Origin: Saprolegnia diclina VS20
Taxonomy: Eukaryota
Reading direction: 5' to 3'
Length of the DNA stretch: 64,000 bases
NCBI RefSeq assembly: GCF_000281045.1
Contig: NW_008246071.1
Span: 865,172 to 929,171, forward strand
Shown here: positions 22,859 through 34,407 of the stretch, piece after piece
Layout: every line of letters starts with the position of its first letter
How positions within the stretch are numbered: position 1 is the first letter of the stretch
Position numbers and translations under genes: made by a program
Notes under the pieces: generated by a model
Database searches by the model: none
The model's input: the letters and a program-made list of their open reading frames with translations, nothing else
What the model was told of the DNA's origin: nothing

Positions 22859-25800
22859 TGGAAATCCACAAGTGACGTGCCAAATGATGGCAGCGTCTGC
22901 GTCAACGTTGGCGGGCGTGGAACGGTGACCAACGTGAACCAACCCACATGTCTTCCCGCCATGTGAAGAAGGCCTGTCGAATTCACTCTATGAGTGCGAT
23001 TGGAAGTGACAGGTGTGTTGAGTCAACGCGTGTTTGTACTGCGCATGATGACTCGATGTCTCATGTAAGCGAATAGAGCGTGCATATGTCCTGATGCTGG
23101 GTGTCCGCCGACGAGCGATGCCAGCTCCAGATCAGGTTGCATCAGCGATTCGTTCCGCGAAATGTGCAGGAATCTTGCCCCTCTCAGCGGCGGCTACGCT
23201 CTATCAGCTTGAAAGGCCTAATGCACATTATACCAGACGATGTTTAGTCCAGGCAGCGAGATACAAACCAACACGACCGAGCGGAGGACGGGCAATGTGC
23301 GGTATCCAATAACGGTAGCTGGTGTCCTCAACCGCACTTCAAAGATGTATCCTTATAGAACGATAAGATTCCGTGTGCCATAGACTTATGTGCGGATAGA
23401 AGAAGCACGGCAGCCATTGATGATGATGCCGCGCCTGCTCCATGCGGCAGACGACGCCTCGAGCTCAAGGCGCAATGTAGCGTGCGATCTTTAGCGGTAT
23501 GACGCCGTACTCCGTGCGTCGGGGCTCCATTCAGCCGTGTTGGTTCCGAGAGCCACTGTTACGACCGAGTGCTCTGGTTCGGATTGCTCAGCCGTCGCAC
23601 GTCGAGAACGCTGCGGTGGCAGCTACAGTAGCGGAGATGTGAGAGGTCGCGAAAGCTGTCACGACGGGAAGGATGCGGTACCCGGTAGCAGCGTCCTGTC
23701 AGTTGAAATGGAATGGCTTGGATGATGGTACAGGGCCGAACAATTGCGGTGTCCCCACGCACCCGTTGGCATCCCGTTGGCACCCTGCTCAAAGAAGACC
23801 ATTATTATTGCACGTGATCTGCTGGGTTTGAAATGCTCCGGGTGGCGTGAGCTGACGTATATTCCGTGGTAACGGCGGACTCACTTTCTGAAACGGGGCG
23901 TCTCGCGAAGTGGATCGAACTCTGAGTTTGCAGTTTGCAAGGCAGACATCATTGCAAATGCAAGTCGCGAGCTACGAATTCATCGAGGTATTAGTATGCC
24001 TGAAGTCCAATTATGTAGTTGAGCAAGATACATTCATTCCTTGGGGAAATAAGCTCTTAGTTCACCAAGAGCTCGGTACCGGTACAATATTGTACAGAAA
24101 TGAAGCCCCAAGGAATCGTCGAAAAAGATCTTGCACCGCTTCGGTATAAAAAGTTGGGCGCTGAAGGGTTAAGTCGTGTCTCGCGCCGAAACCTGTCGAC
24201 TTACCACCAGCAATATGTACGAGCGTGCCAAGCTCATCAGTGGCTGAATGAATGGGGCTCAGTGCAAATAAGAGAATAAGCTGAAGGGTCATCTGTTGGT
24301 TCAAAGTTCGAAATCAACAAACGAACGACTCCGCCACTCTGCGACTCCGCAGTCAATTTGAAGTAGATTGTTTTGCATTTTGGGGTTGACACTCTTTGTC
24401 AGTGAAAGCGATGCAGGGATGTTGCATAATGAGTTATTTCATGCAGTTATAAAGATATGGAGGACTTCCTACTGCGCTCGGGAAGCGTGCCCGGTGCGTC
24501 AAGCGATGCGTATTAGTGATCGTGATTTTGGATTGTGCGAGGGACGAGGCAGCGGGCACATCAAGGGTCGTCTCGAAGAGCGGCGAGCGACTCGTCAACT
24601 GATGGCACCACAGCGCGATGAGCCAAGTACCGGACATGAAGTCGTGAGAGGTAGCTCCGTGACCGCAAGCGCAATAGCGGGAAGTTTCGTGAGCGTCCAA
24701 CGGAAGACGCGATTGCTGCATTCGAGCCAAACATAATACCCGACGCAAGCGCATACGATCGGCCAGAGGACGGCAGGAATGTACGACTTGTAAATTGAGT
24801 ACGGCGACAGCGTCGGATACAGAGATGTCGTGTTTCACCAATGCGAGAAAAGCTCAATAGCCCGGTACTTTCTGGCACATTTACGGGTGCACTAGTACAG
24901 TAGATAGTGGTAAATCTCTTCGTGTGCGCATCTTCTTTCATCGGACGCCCGCCGGGAACGAGAAATGAGCGAGTCGAGTCGAGCCCTTGCACCGCCGACT
25001 GCGCAGCTACGGCCCGTCGAAGCAGCCCGCCGAGAGACTGAAGTGGTACTTCAAGGCGCAGCAAGGAAGTTGAGTTTTTGCCGTCCAGAAAGACGCTAAC
25101 GTTACGCGTCGGCAGTAGGCTAGATACAGTAGTCAGTTTGCGTTTAGCCTTGTCGATCCTACCCCGCCATGCCACTCCCAATGCATAGCGGTCCCACTCG
25201 AGCGTCGTACAAGGCGAAAAAGGGAGGTCGCCAGCCTTCGACATACCATGCAAAACCGCTAAAACATAAAGATCCCACGAGATACGTTCGTCGCAGCTCC
25301 CTTCCATCGGAGAACATCTAGAGTACATAAAGAGCCTGAGTCGACGCAGTAATGAATGTGGTCGCGCGCCTGAATCTACTAGCCATTCGACTCTTAGACC
25401 AGTGTGATGGACATTTATGGACACCGACAGCAAGCGGTCGGACGTGGACGCCGGGTTTTAATGATTGCGTTCTCGCAACGACGCAAATATGTTTATGGCA
25501 CCTCCGAGCAGCGACGGTCACTCGAACGCAGCATCGCTTTCCGGTCACGCGAAAGATGGTAACCAGCTGGGAGCTGTCGATTCCAGCGTCCCGTCTGGCA
25601 TTACAACCAGGTGATCGCGGCCATTTCTGCACGCAAATTGCCGACGGAGATTGCAAGTTGCCGAGGCGACATCGGATGACGCGGCTTCCGAGACGAACGA
25701 GGTACCGCCTTGCAGCCACACTCACAGCAGAGACGGGCCCTCGATGTCCTGCCCCTTGTCCGATGTAGCGTCGGGTTGGACACTACATAGCTACATGTAG

Positions 25801-26636
25801 ATGACGCAGGATGCTTCGGCATTCAACACTTGGAAACGCGCGCCGTTTGCAGTCGGCCAGCGCGCTGTCTCGGGGCGCCGCCGATCGTGCGTCTGGCTTG
25901 AAGGCAATTTGACCCAATTAAAACAGGAATTGCATAGTCGAGTCAAGTCTGCAGCCGTCACATTTATCATTTCGAAGAGCGCGCGTGTAGAGACGGTAGC
26001 ATCGTTGAAGTGCACTCGACCTTGCGCAAAGGCGCAGGTCCGGCGCATTACGCACGTGTGTCACGTGTGATACGCGCTGCTGATTGGTTCAAACGCAATA
26101 GCCTGCAACCAATGGAGCCAATCAATGACGAGAATACCCGCAGATGACGTATGGGCGTTTACCGAACGAGCCGCGTCTCTCCCTTGCTCCGGGGCGATGG
26201 CTCTTCTCGGCCATACGTTCATGCTGCTGGGCGCTCCGCAGTGTCCGTGATACACCACATACGTAATATAAGACGGCGGAGGCTGTCGCATGGCAGTCCG
26301 GCGCCGTCAAGAAGTACCGTCTCTCAATGATCGACTTTGCCCTTTTCGTGTACAAGTTCGATTGGCACCTGACTTGCTCTCTGGTTAGAGGAAAGTCACC
26401 TCTGGGCTTGAGCGTCACGGACATGTCGGGAATCTCAACTGTTTTATCTTGGCGTTTGTATGTGGCCCAGGTACGGTTTGTCGCCATGTCCCAATCCATA
26501 TCATACAAAACAAAGCACCTGGGTGAACCGGGTATCCGCGCTTCCATCCACGCGCCAATGTCCCATGCTGGCGGACCAAGCATTGCTCGTTTCGCAGTAT
26601 TCTTTAACCTTCCGGCTTGTGCGCAGGACCGTCAGG

Positions 26637-28334
26637 ATGGACACGACTCCGAAAAGTGGCATCCTGCTCTTCTCCAACGACCAGTTGCCGGCGCGTCGGC
26701 GGTCGTTCAACTCGGCGCCGTCGTCGGACGGCCAGCCGCGCCGGAAATTGCCGCCGCCGCCCGAGCCCGTCGGTGTCCGGACCAACTTTACGTCCGGCAA
26801 GCCCATGCACGAGTCGCTTCCCGTGACCAACTACGAGTACCACGAAGACCCGATTCTCGAAGAAGACAAGGACATCCCGATGCAAGGTGACTTTGACTCG
26901 CGGACGTCCAACACATATGTCAACTCGATCTACGTGCTCATCGGCGCGGCGGTGGGTGCTGGCGTCGGCCTCGCGCTCACGAACGCCAACCTCAACGAGG
27001 ACGGCCGCAAGTGGATCGCCTTGCCGGGTGACCTCTTTGTCCGCGCGCTCCGCTGCTTGGTCGTCCCCATGGTGTTTGCGTCGATGGCGGTCGTCATTGC
27101 CGAAGTCGTTGTCTTGAAGAAAACGTCAATTTTATCGTGGCGCACGGGCGCCATCTTCTTCCTCACGTCGCTTCTCGCCACGATCCAAGGTGTCGCGATC
27201 GCACTTGTCTACCGCAGTACGTTCAGCTCGCGCACGGCGGGCGGCAAGTCGGCGCTGCCCCAACCCGAGCTCGCGTTCAAGTGCCAGAACGGCCTGTACC
27301 TCAACATGTTTGACAACGGGACGCTCGCATGCTCGGAGCTCCAGCAGATCAACTCGACGCTCTTTACAACCGTCGATGTCAACAACATGCTCACGGTCAA
27401 GAGCACGATCGCGCAGCTCTCGCTCACGCAGCAGATCATTGCCATCATCAACCTCATGGTGCCCGACAACATTTTCGACTCGCTCGCCGAAGGCCAGCTC
27501 CTCTCAGTCATCATGTTTGCCTTGCCGCTCGGGTACGCGATCGCAAAGTCGCACAACGGCGCGCCCGCGGAAAACAGCCTCCTCAACATCATTCGGCAGA
27601 CGCGCAATTCGATTTTGATTTTGATCAACGCCGTCTTGAACATCACGCCGATTGCCGTCGGGTTCCTCATCTGTAACGCCGTCATCTCGTACCAAGCGAG
27701 CGCCAACGACGTCTTCTCGCAGGCCGGCTACATTGTGCTCATGTTCCTCGCCGGTGTCTTTTGCCACGTCATGCTCGTCATGCCGCTCGTGCTCTTTATC
27801 TTCACGCGCTGCAACCCGTACAACTACATGCGCCAGCTCTTCCCCGCGTACGTATTTGCGTTCGGTTGTTCGTCGTCGATGGCCGCGCTCCCCGTCGGTG
27901 TCACGGTCATTCACCAGACGCGCCAAGTGTCGCGGTCGCTCGCGCAGCTCATCATGTGTCTGGGCACGCCAGTCAACCTCAACACGTGCGGGCTGTACTA
28001 CCCGCTCATGACCATGTTCATGGCCAACTACGCCGGCCTCACGGACGACATCGGCGCACCGCAAATGGTCGTCCTCTTCTTTGTGAGTCTTCTCGGCTGC
28101 ATGGGTACGGCCCCGATCCCGCAGGCCGGTCTCGCCATGTTGATGACGGTGTGGCGCACGGTGCTGCCGAGTGAAGCGATTCCCCACGCGTTTGTGTACG
28201 TCGTCGCCATTGATTTCATCATCGATCGCATCAACACGGTGGTCAACATCAACGGCAACATGATCGTCACGCGCATTCTCGCCGACCAGTTTGACGAGAC
28301 GGTCGAGACGTGGGCCCACGACCAAATGCTGTAA
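26637..28334 (+). CDS. DAACS/SLC1-family transporter paralogue 7 (565 aa)
   Basis: Start at MDTTPKSGILLF; TM7 NLNTC; TM8 IDFIIDRINTVVNINGN. Confidence 0.93.
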   Translation: MDTTPKSGILLFSNDQLPARRRSFNSAPSSDGQPRRKLPPPPEPVGVRTNFTSGKPMHESLPVTNYEYHEDPILEEDKDIPMQGDFDSRTSNTYVNSIYVLIGAAVGAGVGLALTNANLNEDGRKWIALPGDLFVRALRCLVVPMVFASMAVVIAEVVVLKKTSILSWRTGAIFFLTSLLATIQGVAIALVYRSTFSSRTAGGKSALPQPELAFKCQNGLYLNMFDNGTLACSELQQINSTLFTTVDVNNMLTVKSTIAQLSLTQQIIAIINLMVPDNIFDSLAEGQLLSVIMFALPLGYAIAKSHNGAPAENSLLNIIRQTRNSILILINAVLNITPIAVGFLICNAVISYQASANDVFSQAGYIVLMFLAGVFCHVMLVMPLVLFIFTRCNPYNYMRQLFPAYVFAFGCSSSMAALPVGVTVIHQTRQVSRSLAQLIMCLGTPVNLNTCGLYYPLMTMFMANYAGLTDDIGAPQMVVLFFVSLLGCMGTAPIPQAGLAMLMTVWRTVLPSEAIPHAFVYVVAIDFIIDRINTVVNINGNMIVTRILADQFDETVETWAHDQML

Positions 28335-29815
28335 ATGCAAGCCCCACGCCTCCTGTACATTATAGAGCGTATCGCGACAAGAGCTACACAGCTCTTAGAC
28401 CTAACCACACCATATAAACCATTTTTGATCGAAATGCTGGGTTTGTCAACACAGTCACAGGCGTCTCAACCGTGGCAGAGACGTGGGCTGTCGGCAATGG
28501 ACCTGCCTCAGACGGCCGCGCGCAGTGCAACACGTTCTCTTGGGTGTCAACCAAGACAACCTGTCCAGGTCACCAATGTGGCGTCTGCGTGCAGGACTCT
28601 TGTCCAAAATTCGCGAGACGGCATCTCGAGGCGGCGAGATTCAAAATGACGGTTGTGATTCTGGTTGTGATTGGCGATCATGGTTGGACTTGTCGAAGTA
28701 TACAAGTGGCAGTAGGCTCAAGAAAAGCTCAAGTAGGTGGCAGCTTCGTATCCCCTGTAGAAGTTGGCGGCGTTTGATGAGATGATGTTCGTTCGTTGGA
28801 GCGGACTCATAAAAAGAGAGATATGTGTGGTATAAACCTCTGCACGAATCCAACGAAGTTACTTACGCTCGGCTTGCGGACTTCGTGGCGCTAGCAGCAA
28901 ACAGTGGCATGATAGTGGCAACGCTAAGCGACTCTACCACATACGGCCAAATGTGTAACCAGCAGTATGTGCATATCTGAGCACGTCTCGTCTCCCGGCA
29001 TGAGAAGTCGACGTCCGCTTGCGAATTACTGTCGGTGATTCAAAGGCTGGAGCCGCGAGCGCTCGGATATTGCAGGAGAAAGCTCGGGTTGCTCTTGCTC
29101 TAATGTGCGGTTGGTATGCGTCCGAGGCAGAGGCTTTGGGGGGCGTGGCAATCCGCAGACGGACGTACCACACTGCATGTCCCAGACACTGAATCACCAG
29201 AACAAATCGGACGAAATCACCGCTTCGTGCTCTCTCTACTGCTCCAGCACCTTTGTGGCTACATCATCTATACCCTCTCGAGGTGTGGCGGGATGCTGCA
29301 TGCATCAAGTGCTGGCCACCAACATTGCGTCGTCCTTCATTATTCGAACATGGTGCCATGCCAAAGCAGATTGGGGAGGCGCACCCAGGTACATGGTCAT
29401 TAGCGATGGGTACATGATGGTTCGTCGACTTCTTCACGGCTACCTCTGCTGCTATGCCGTGGACCTTTTACGCACCGACGATACTGCACCGGGAGCCTCT
29501 GGTGGTGGCGTTGCCGCTGCGTCGAGTCGGTGTGCGAAACCTTCGATACCGACGATGGTTTCAGTGGCGCCGCTTCCCGATAATCGAAGAAAAGCTTGTC
29601 TCAAGGGAATGCATCGGAATACAAATCGCCAGATTCCAGCTGGTCGCGCCAGATCTATTGCCCTTTGGTTGCAGCGTCACCAGCTGCCCAAAACACTCGG
29701 CCCGATTGCTCCAGCCGCGTCGTCAACCTTTCTACAAGTGGCACGGTAAGCGCCACCGGCTCGCACTCGTCAACCTTCCGTCTTCTGCGCACCTTCTTCT
29801 TCGTCGACAAGAACG

Positions 29816-31470
29816 ATGGACCAGCAGCCAAAAGGTATCCTCCTCTTCACCAACGACCAGCTCCAGGGGTCCCGGGCACCGTCGTACCACTCAGCACCAT
29901 CGTCCGACGGCCAGCGCGCGCGCCGCATTGCGCCGCCTGCCGAGCCGCTCGGTGTCCGCACCAACTTCACCTCGGGGAAGGCGCTCACCGACTCGATCCC
30001 GATGACGTCGTATGAAAACTACGACGACCCGATCATGGAAGAAGACAAGAACCTCCACGCTGCCGGCGACTTTGACGCGCGCTCCACGAGCACCTACGTC
30101 AACTCGATCTACGTGCTCATCGGCGCGGCGGTCGGCGCAGGTATTGGCCTCGCGCTCACCAAGGCCGACATCTCGCGGGACGTCCAGCAGTGGATTCAGA
30201 TGCCTGGTGACCTCTTTGTCCGCGCACTCCGCTGTCTTGTCGTGCCCATGGTGTTTGCGTCCATGTCGGTCGTCATTGCCGAAGTTGTCGTTTTGAAAAA
30301 GACGTCGATTTTATCGTGGCGCACCGGTGCCATCTTCTTCTTCACGTCGTTCATTGCGACCGTGCAAGGCCTCCTCCTCTCGACGGTCTATCGTGGTATC
30401 TTTGAGGGCGGCACCAACTCAACGTCGACGTCGGCGCTGCCGTCGCCGGTGCTCGCGTTTCGCTGCGCCAACGGTCTCTTCCTCAACCAGCAAACCAACG
30501 GCAGCCTCCTCTGCGACAAAATGACCAACGACACGGCCACGACGCTCTTTACGACGGTCGATATCAACAACATGCTGACGGTCAAGAGCACGATCACGCA
30601 GCTCTCGCTCACGCAGCAGATCATCTCGATCATCGAGCTCACCGTGCCCGACAATATCTTTAACGCGCTCACGCAGGGCTCTCTCCTCTCGGTCATCATG
30701 TTTGCCTTGCCACTCGGGTATGCGATCGCCAAGTCGCACAACGGCCCCGCGACCGAGAACGGCCTCCTCAACGTATTTCGGCAAACCCGCAACTCGCTCC
30801 TGATTTTGATCAACGCCGTCTTGATGCTGACGCCGATCGCGGTCGGTTTCCTCATCTGCAGCGCCATCATCTCGTACCAAGCGAACGCGTCGGCCATCTT
30901 TTCGCAGGCCGGGTACCTCATTTTGATGTTCCTCGCCGGTGTGTTTTGCCACGTCATGCTCGTCATGCCGCTCATTCTCTTCCTCTTCACGCGCTGCAAC
31001 CCGTACAACTACATGCGCCAGCTCTTCCCTGCTTACGTCTTTGCGTTTGGTTGTTCNNNNNNNNNNNNNNNNNNNNNNNNNNNNNNNNNNNNNNNNNNNN
31101 NNNNNNNNNNNNNNNNNNNNNNNNNNNNNNNNNNNNNNNNNNNNNNNNNNNNNNNNNNNNNAACTACGCCGGCCTCACGAGCCAGCTCGGCGCGCCGCAG
31201 ATGGCCGTCCTCTTCTTTGTGAGTCTCCTCGGCTGCGTGGGCACGGCCCCGATCCCGCAGGCCGGTCTCGCCATGTTGATGACGGTGTGGCGCACGACGC
31301 TGCCCAACGAGGACCTGCCCCACGCTTTCGTATACGTCGTCGCGATCGACTTTCTCATCGATCGCATCAACACGATGGTCAACATCAACGGCAATATGAT
31401 CATCACGCGCATTCTCGCCGACCAGTTTGACGAGACGGTCGAGACGTGGGCAACCGATAACATGAATTAA
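29816..31470 (+). CDS. DAACS/SLC1-family transporter paralogue 8, spanning an assembly gap (31057-31161)
   Basis: 5' ORF from MDQQPKGILLF and 3' part NYAGLTSQLGAPQ...DRINTMVNINGN...ETWATDNMN*. Closest to paralogue 7. The frame change comes from the gap size. Confidence 0.88.
31057..31161. other. Assembly gap (105 N) inside DAACS-8
   Basis: Run of N. Confidence 0.99.
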
Positions 31471-32291
31471 CTCGACGGCTTAAATCATACGACACAAATA
31501 TATTAGTACAATTTACAATTTATTGAAGAACCAAATACGACGCTATGTGCCTCTTCCAAATGATGCACGCCCTGCGCCACGATGCCTGGCTTCGTGACCA
31601 CTTCGTCCCGGCGTGCGCCATCCACACGCCTCGCCTTCAACACGGCTAAGCCTCGCCGCTGCTGCCGTCTAGCACAACACGCTCTGAATCGAAAGTCCAC
31701 CCCCCAAAAACAGTTCAGTGTAAATTATATCTAAATAGACTCACTTCAACAACAACTACTGCATTGAACTTCCCCGATGACTATAGTCCTACACCACGAG
31801 ACGCAACGTCTGCATCAGAAGAGGAGAGCAGAGCAAACCAACGTGCTTGACGTAGAGACGCGGCTGGCTTGCTCATCCGTTCACTCACTAACCTAGCCCT
31901 CACGTAGCCCCAACCCTTCGCATCGGTCAGAGACGAGGAGCAAGGTGTTGCACAACGTAGCAGCGACGGGCATGGTGGTCACGCACGCGCAACTCACACC
32001 ACATACACTTGCACACCATCGTGGTAGGTGCTCATCCTATCCTACTGTACACATCCGCGGTCGGCGTCGAGACGCAGCAGGTCCGTCGACCGACTACCGA
32101 TACAACTCGCCGAAAAAAAAGCCCACAACATCTAGCGACCAACTATAAGCATACAGTTAGTCGAACACGCTGAAGCCGTCCAACGTCAACGACCCTGCGT
32201 CCCAACACTTGCCAAAGGAAGATACTTTGCGCCACGATTTGTTCTAATGTTCTAGCCGTCGACCACCGCCTTCGCGTCTCGAACATTTGAC

Positions 32292-34052
32292 ATGGCGGCG
32301 ACCAACAGCCAGCGCGGCGGCATCGTCCTCTTTGGCGATGGCTCAGAGCCACCTCCCGTATCGGATGCCATCTCGCTCCAGAGCTCGTTCGAAGACAATG
32401 CGTCCGATGTCGAGTCGGTCGTCGTTGGCAACGCGTTTACGCGCAAACCCCCACCCGCGTCGTACACGTTCCGGACGAATTTTACGACCAAGCCGGCGCT
32501 CGGGCTCTACGAAGGCAACCAGAGCGAAGAAGCCATCTTGGAAGAGTCGCCGTCGCGCAACCGCGCGCATGGCGACTACCTCGACGGCGCCAAGACGCTC
32601 AACCCGCTCTCGATCCTCGTATGCGCGGGTATCGGCCTTGCGGTTGGCTTTGCCCTCTCACGTTTGGATGTGAGTCCCGACGCTGCGTCGTGGATCGCAC
32701 TCCCGGGCGACCTCTTTGTAAGTGCGCTCCGGTGCCTCATCGTGCCCATGGTGTTTTGCTCGATGGCCGCGTCCGTCGCCGACGTCATTGCCGCCAAGAA
32801 GACGACGCTCCTCGGGTGGCGCACGGTGCTCACCATCGTGCTTTCGGTCACCTTCTCGGCCGTGCAAGGTATCTTGATCTCGGTGCTCTTTCAGTCCCGG
32901 TTTGTGCCGGACGCAGCGCCGGCGGTCGCGAAAGCAGCTGCGAATTTGACGTTCACGCTCCAGTGCCACAACTTGCGCTATCTCGAGATGCTTCCGAGTG
33001 GCCGCATTGCATGCAGCGCGGCCAACACGTCCCGACGTTCCACGCTCTTTGATGCGGTTGATGTCAACGGCCTCTACCGGTTCGAGACGCCGTTCCAGAC
33101 GCTCACGCTCACGGACCAGCTCATCTCGGTGCTCCATTTGATCGTGACCGACAACATCTTTAACGCTGTGCAAAACGGGTCGCTCCTCAGCATCATCATG
33201 TTTGCGCTGCCGTTTGGCGTCGCGATCGCCAAGTCATTTGCAGGTCCCATCTCGGGCAACCTTCTCGTCGTGCTCATCAAGCAGACGCGGAACGCCATGT
33301 TGATTTTAATCAACACGGTCATGCGCCTCACGCCGATCGCGGTCGTTTTTTTAATTGCATCGGCCGTCATTTCGTTTAGCTCGAACGCCAACAACGTCGC
33401 GGGCCAAGTGGGCTTCGCCGTCCTCGCGTTCGTGCTTGGGAGTATGAGCCATGTCTTGCTCGTCATGCCGCTCTTCCTCTTTCTCACGACGCGCATCAAC
33501 CCGTACGCCTACCTCCGGCAACTCACGTCGGCGTACGTCTTTGCGTTTGGCTGTGCGTCGTCGATGGCCGCGCTGCCCATTGCTGTTTCATCGATCCACC
33601 AGACCCGCCAGGTGTCGCGGCCGTTTGCGCAACTCATCATGACGCTCGGGACACCCGTCAACTTGAACGCGTGCGGCATGTACTATCCAATTCTTGTCAC
33701 GTTCATGGCCAACATGGCGGGGCACGGCGACAGCCTTGGCTTGCCGCAGTGGATCATCTTGTTCTTTGTGAGCATCCTGGCGTCGATGGGGACCGCGCCC
33801 GTCCCCAACTCGGGTCTCGTCATGCTCATTACGGTCTGGAAGACGGTCTTGCCGAGCCAGAACCTTCCCGCGGCGTTTTCGTACGTCGTTGCGATCGATT
33901 TTATCATGGACCGTATCGCGACCATGGTCAACATCAACGGAAACATGGTTGTCACGCGCATTCTCTCCGAGCAGGTCGACGAAGCGATGGAAGTCTGGGC
34001 CAACGAGCAAATCGTTCGCTCTGATTTTCCAACCAATGTCGTGGCGTTTTAG
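32292..34052 (+). CDS. DAACS/SLC1-family transporter paralogue 9 (586 aa)
   Basis: PGDLFVSALRCLIVP, AFGCASSMAALP, NLNAC, TM8 IDFIMDRIATMVNINGN. Confidence 0.92.
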   Translation: MAATNSQRGGIVLFGDGSEPPPVSDAISLQSSFEDNASDVESVVVGNAFTRKPPPASYTFRTNFTTKPALGLYEGNQSEEAILEESPSRNRAHGDYLDGAKTLNPLSILVCAGIGLAVGFALSRLDVSPDAASWIALPGDLFVSALRCLIVPMVFCSMAASVADVIAAKKTTLLGWRTVLTIVLSVTFSAVQGILISVLFQSRFVPDAAPAVAKAAANLTFTLQCHNLRYLEMLPSGRIACSAANTSRRSTLFDAVDVNGLYRFETPFQTLTLTDQLISVLHLIVTDNIFNAVQNGSLLSIIMFALPFGVAIAKSFAGPISGNLLVVLIKQTRNAMLILINTVMRLTPIAVVFLIASAVISFSSNANNVAGQVGFAVLAFVLGSMSHVLLVMPLFLFLTTRINPYAYLRQLTSAYVFAFGCASSMAALPIAVSSIHQTRQVSRPFAQLIMTLGTPVNLNACGMYYPILVTFMANMAGHGDSLGLPQWIILFFVSILASMGTAPVPNSGLVMLITVWKTVLPSQNLPAAFSYVVAIDFIMDRIATMVNINGNMVVTRILSEQVDEAMEVWANEQIVRSDFPTNVVAF

Positions 34053-34407
34053 GGCATTTCACGGCAACAACATGGTGTAATATACCCTTCTTGATAACCG
34101 TAAAAATTCTGTTGTTTTTTACGTTTGCAACATTTTCAACATAATCGTCCGAGTCATGTCGACCGGCGCGCAAAGACCGACAGGCGCTGTTTGTGTCGTC
34201 GTCTTTGCGATGCTATCATCGACGAGACGGCTCGCTCGTTGGCCATAACTTCAAGGGAGTGGAACCTTATTTTTGTATAGGCTATGGCGAAAAGTGTCTC
34301 CCTAGTTCCCCACAATTTCTGCGGTAGTCGTCGACACATTGCGTATCCTGGACCATGCAACGTGCAACAAGACCCTACGAAACACAAACTTCCTTGATAT
34401 AGAGGTA

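Noticed and set aside
24561..25433. 290-aa ORF containing WLVDSGA..H as a Copia retrotransposon gene
   Set aside because: Only a single short motif; no integrase/RT motifs or LTRs seen. Not enough to annotate.
30946..31470. Apparent frameshift or pseudogene in DAACS-8
   Set aside because: Caused by the estimated N-gap length (105 versus ~154 nt expected).
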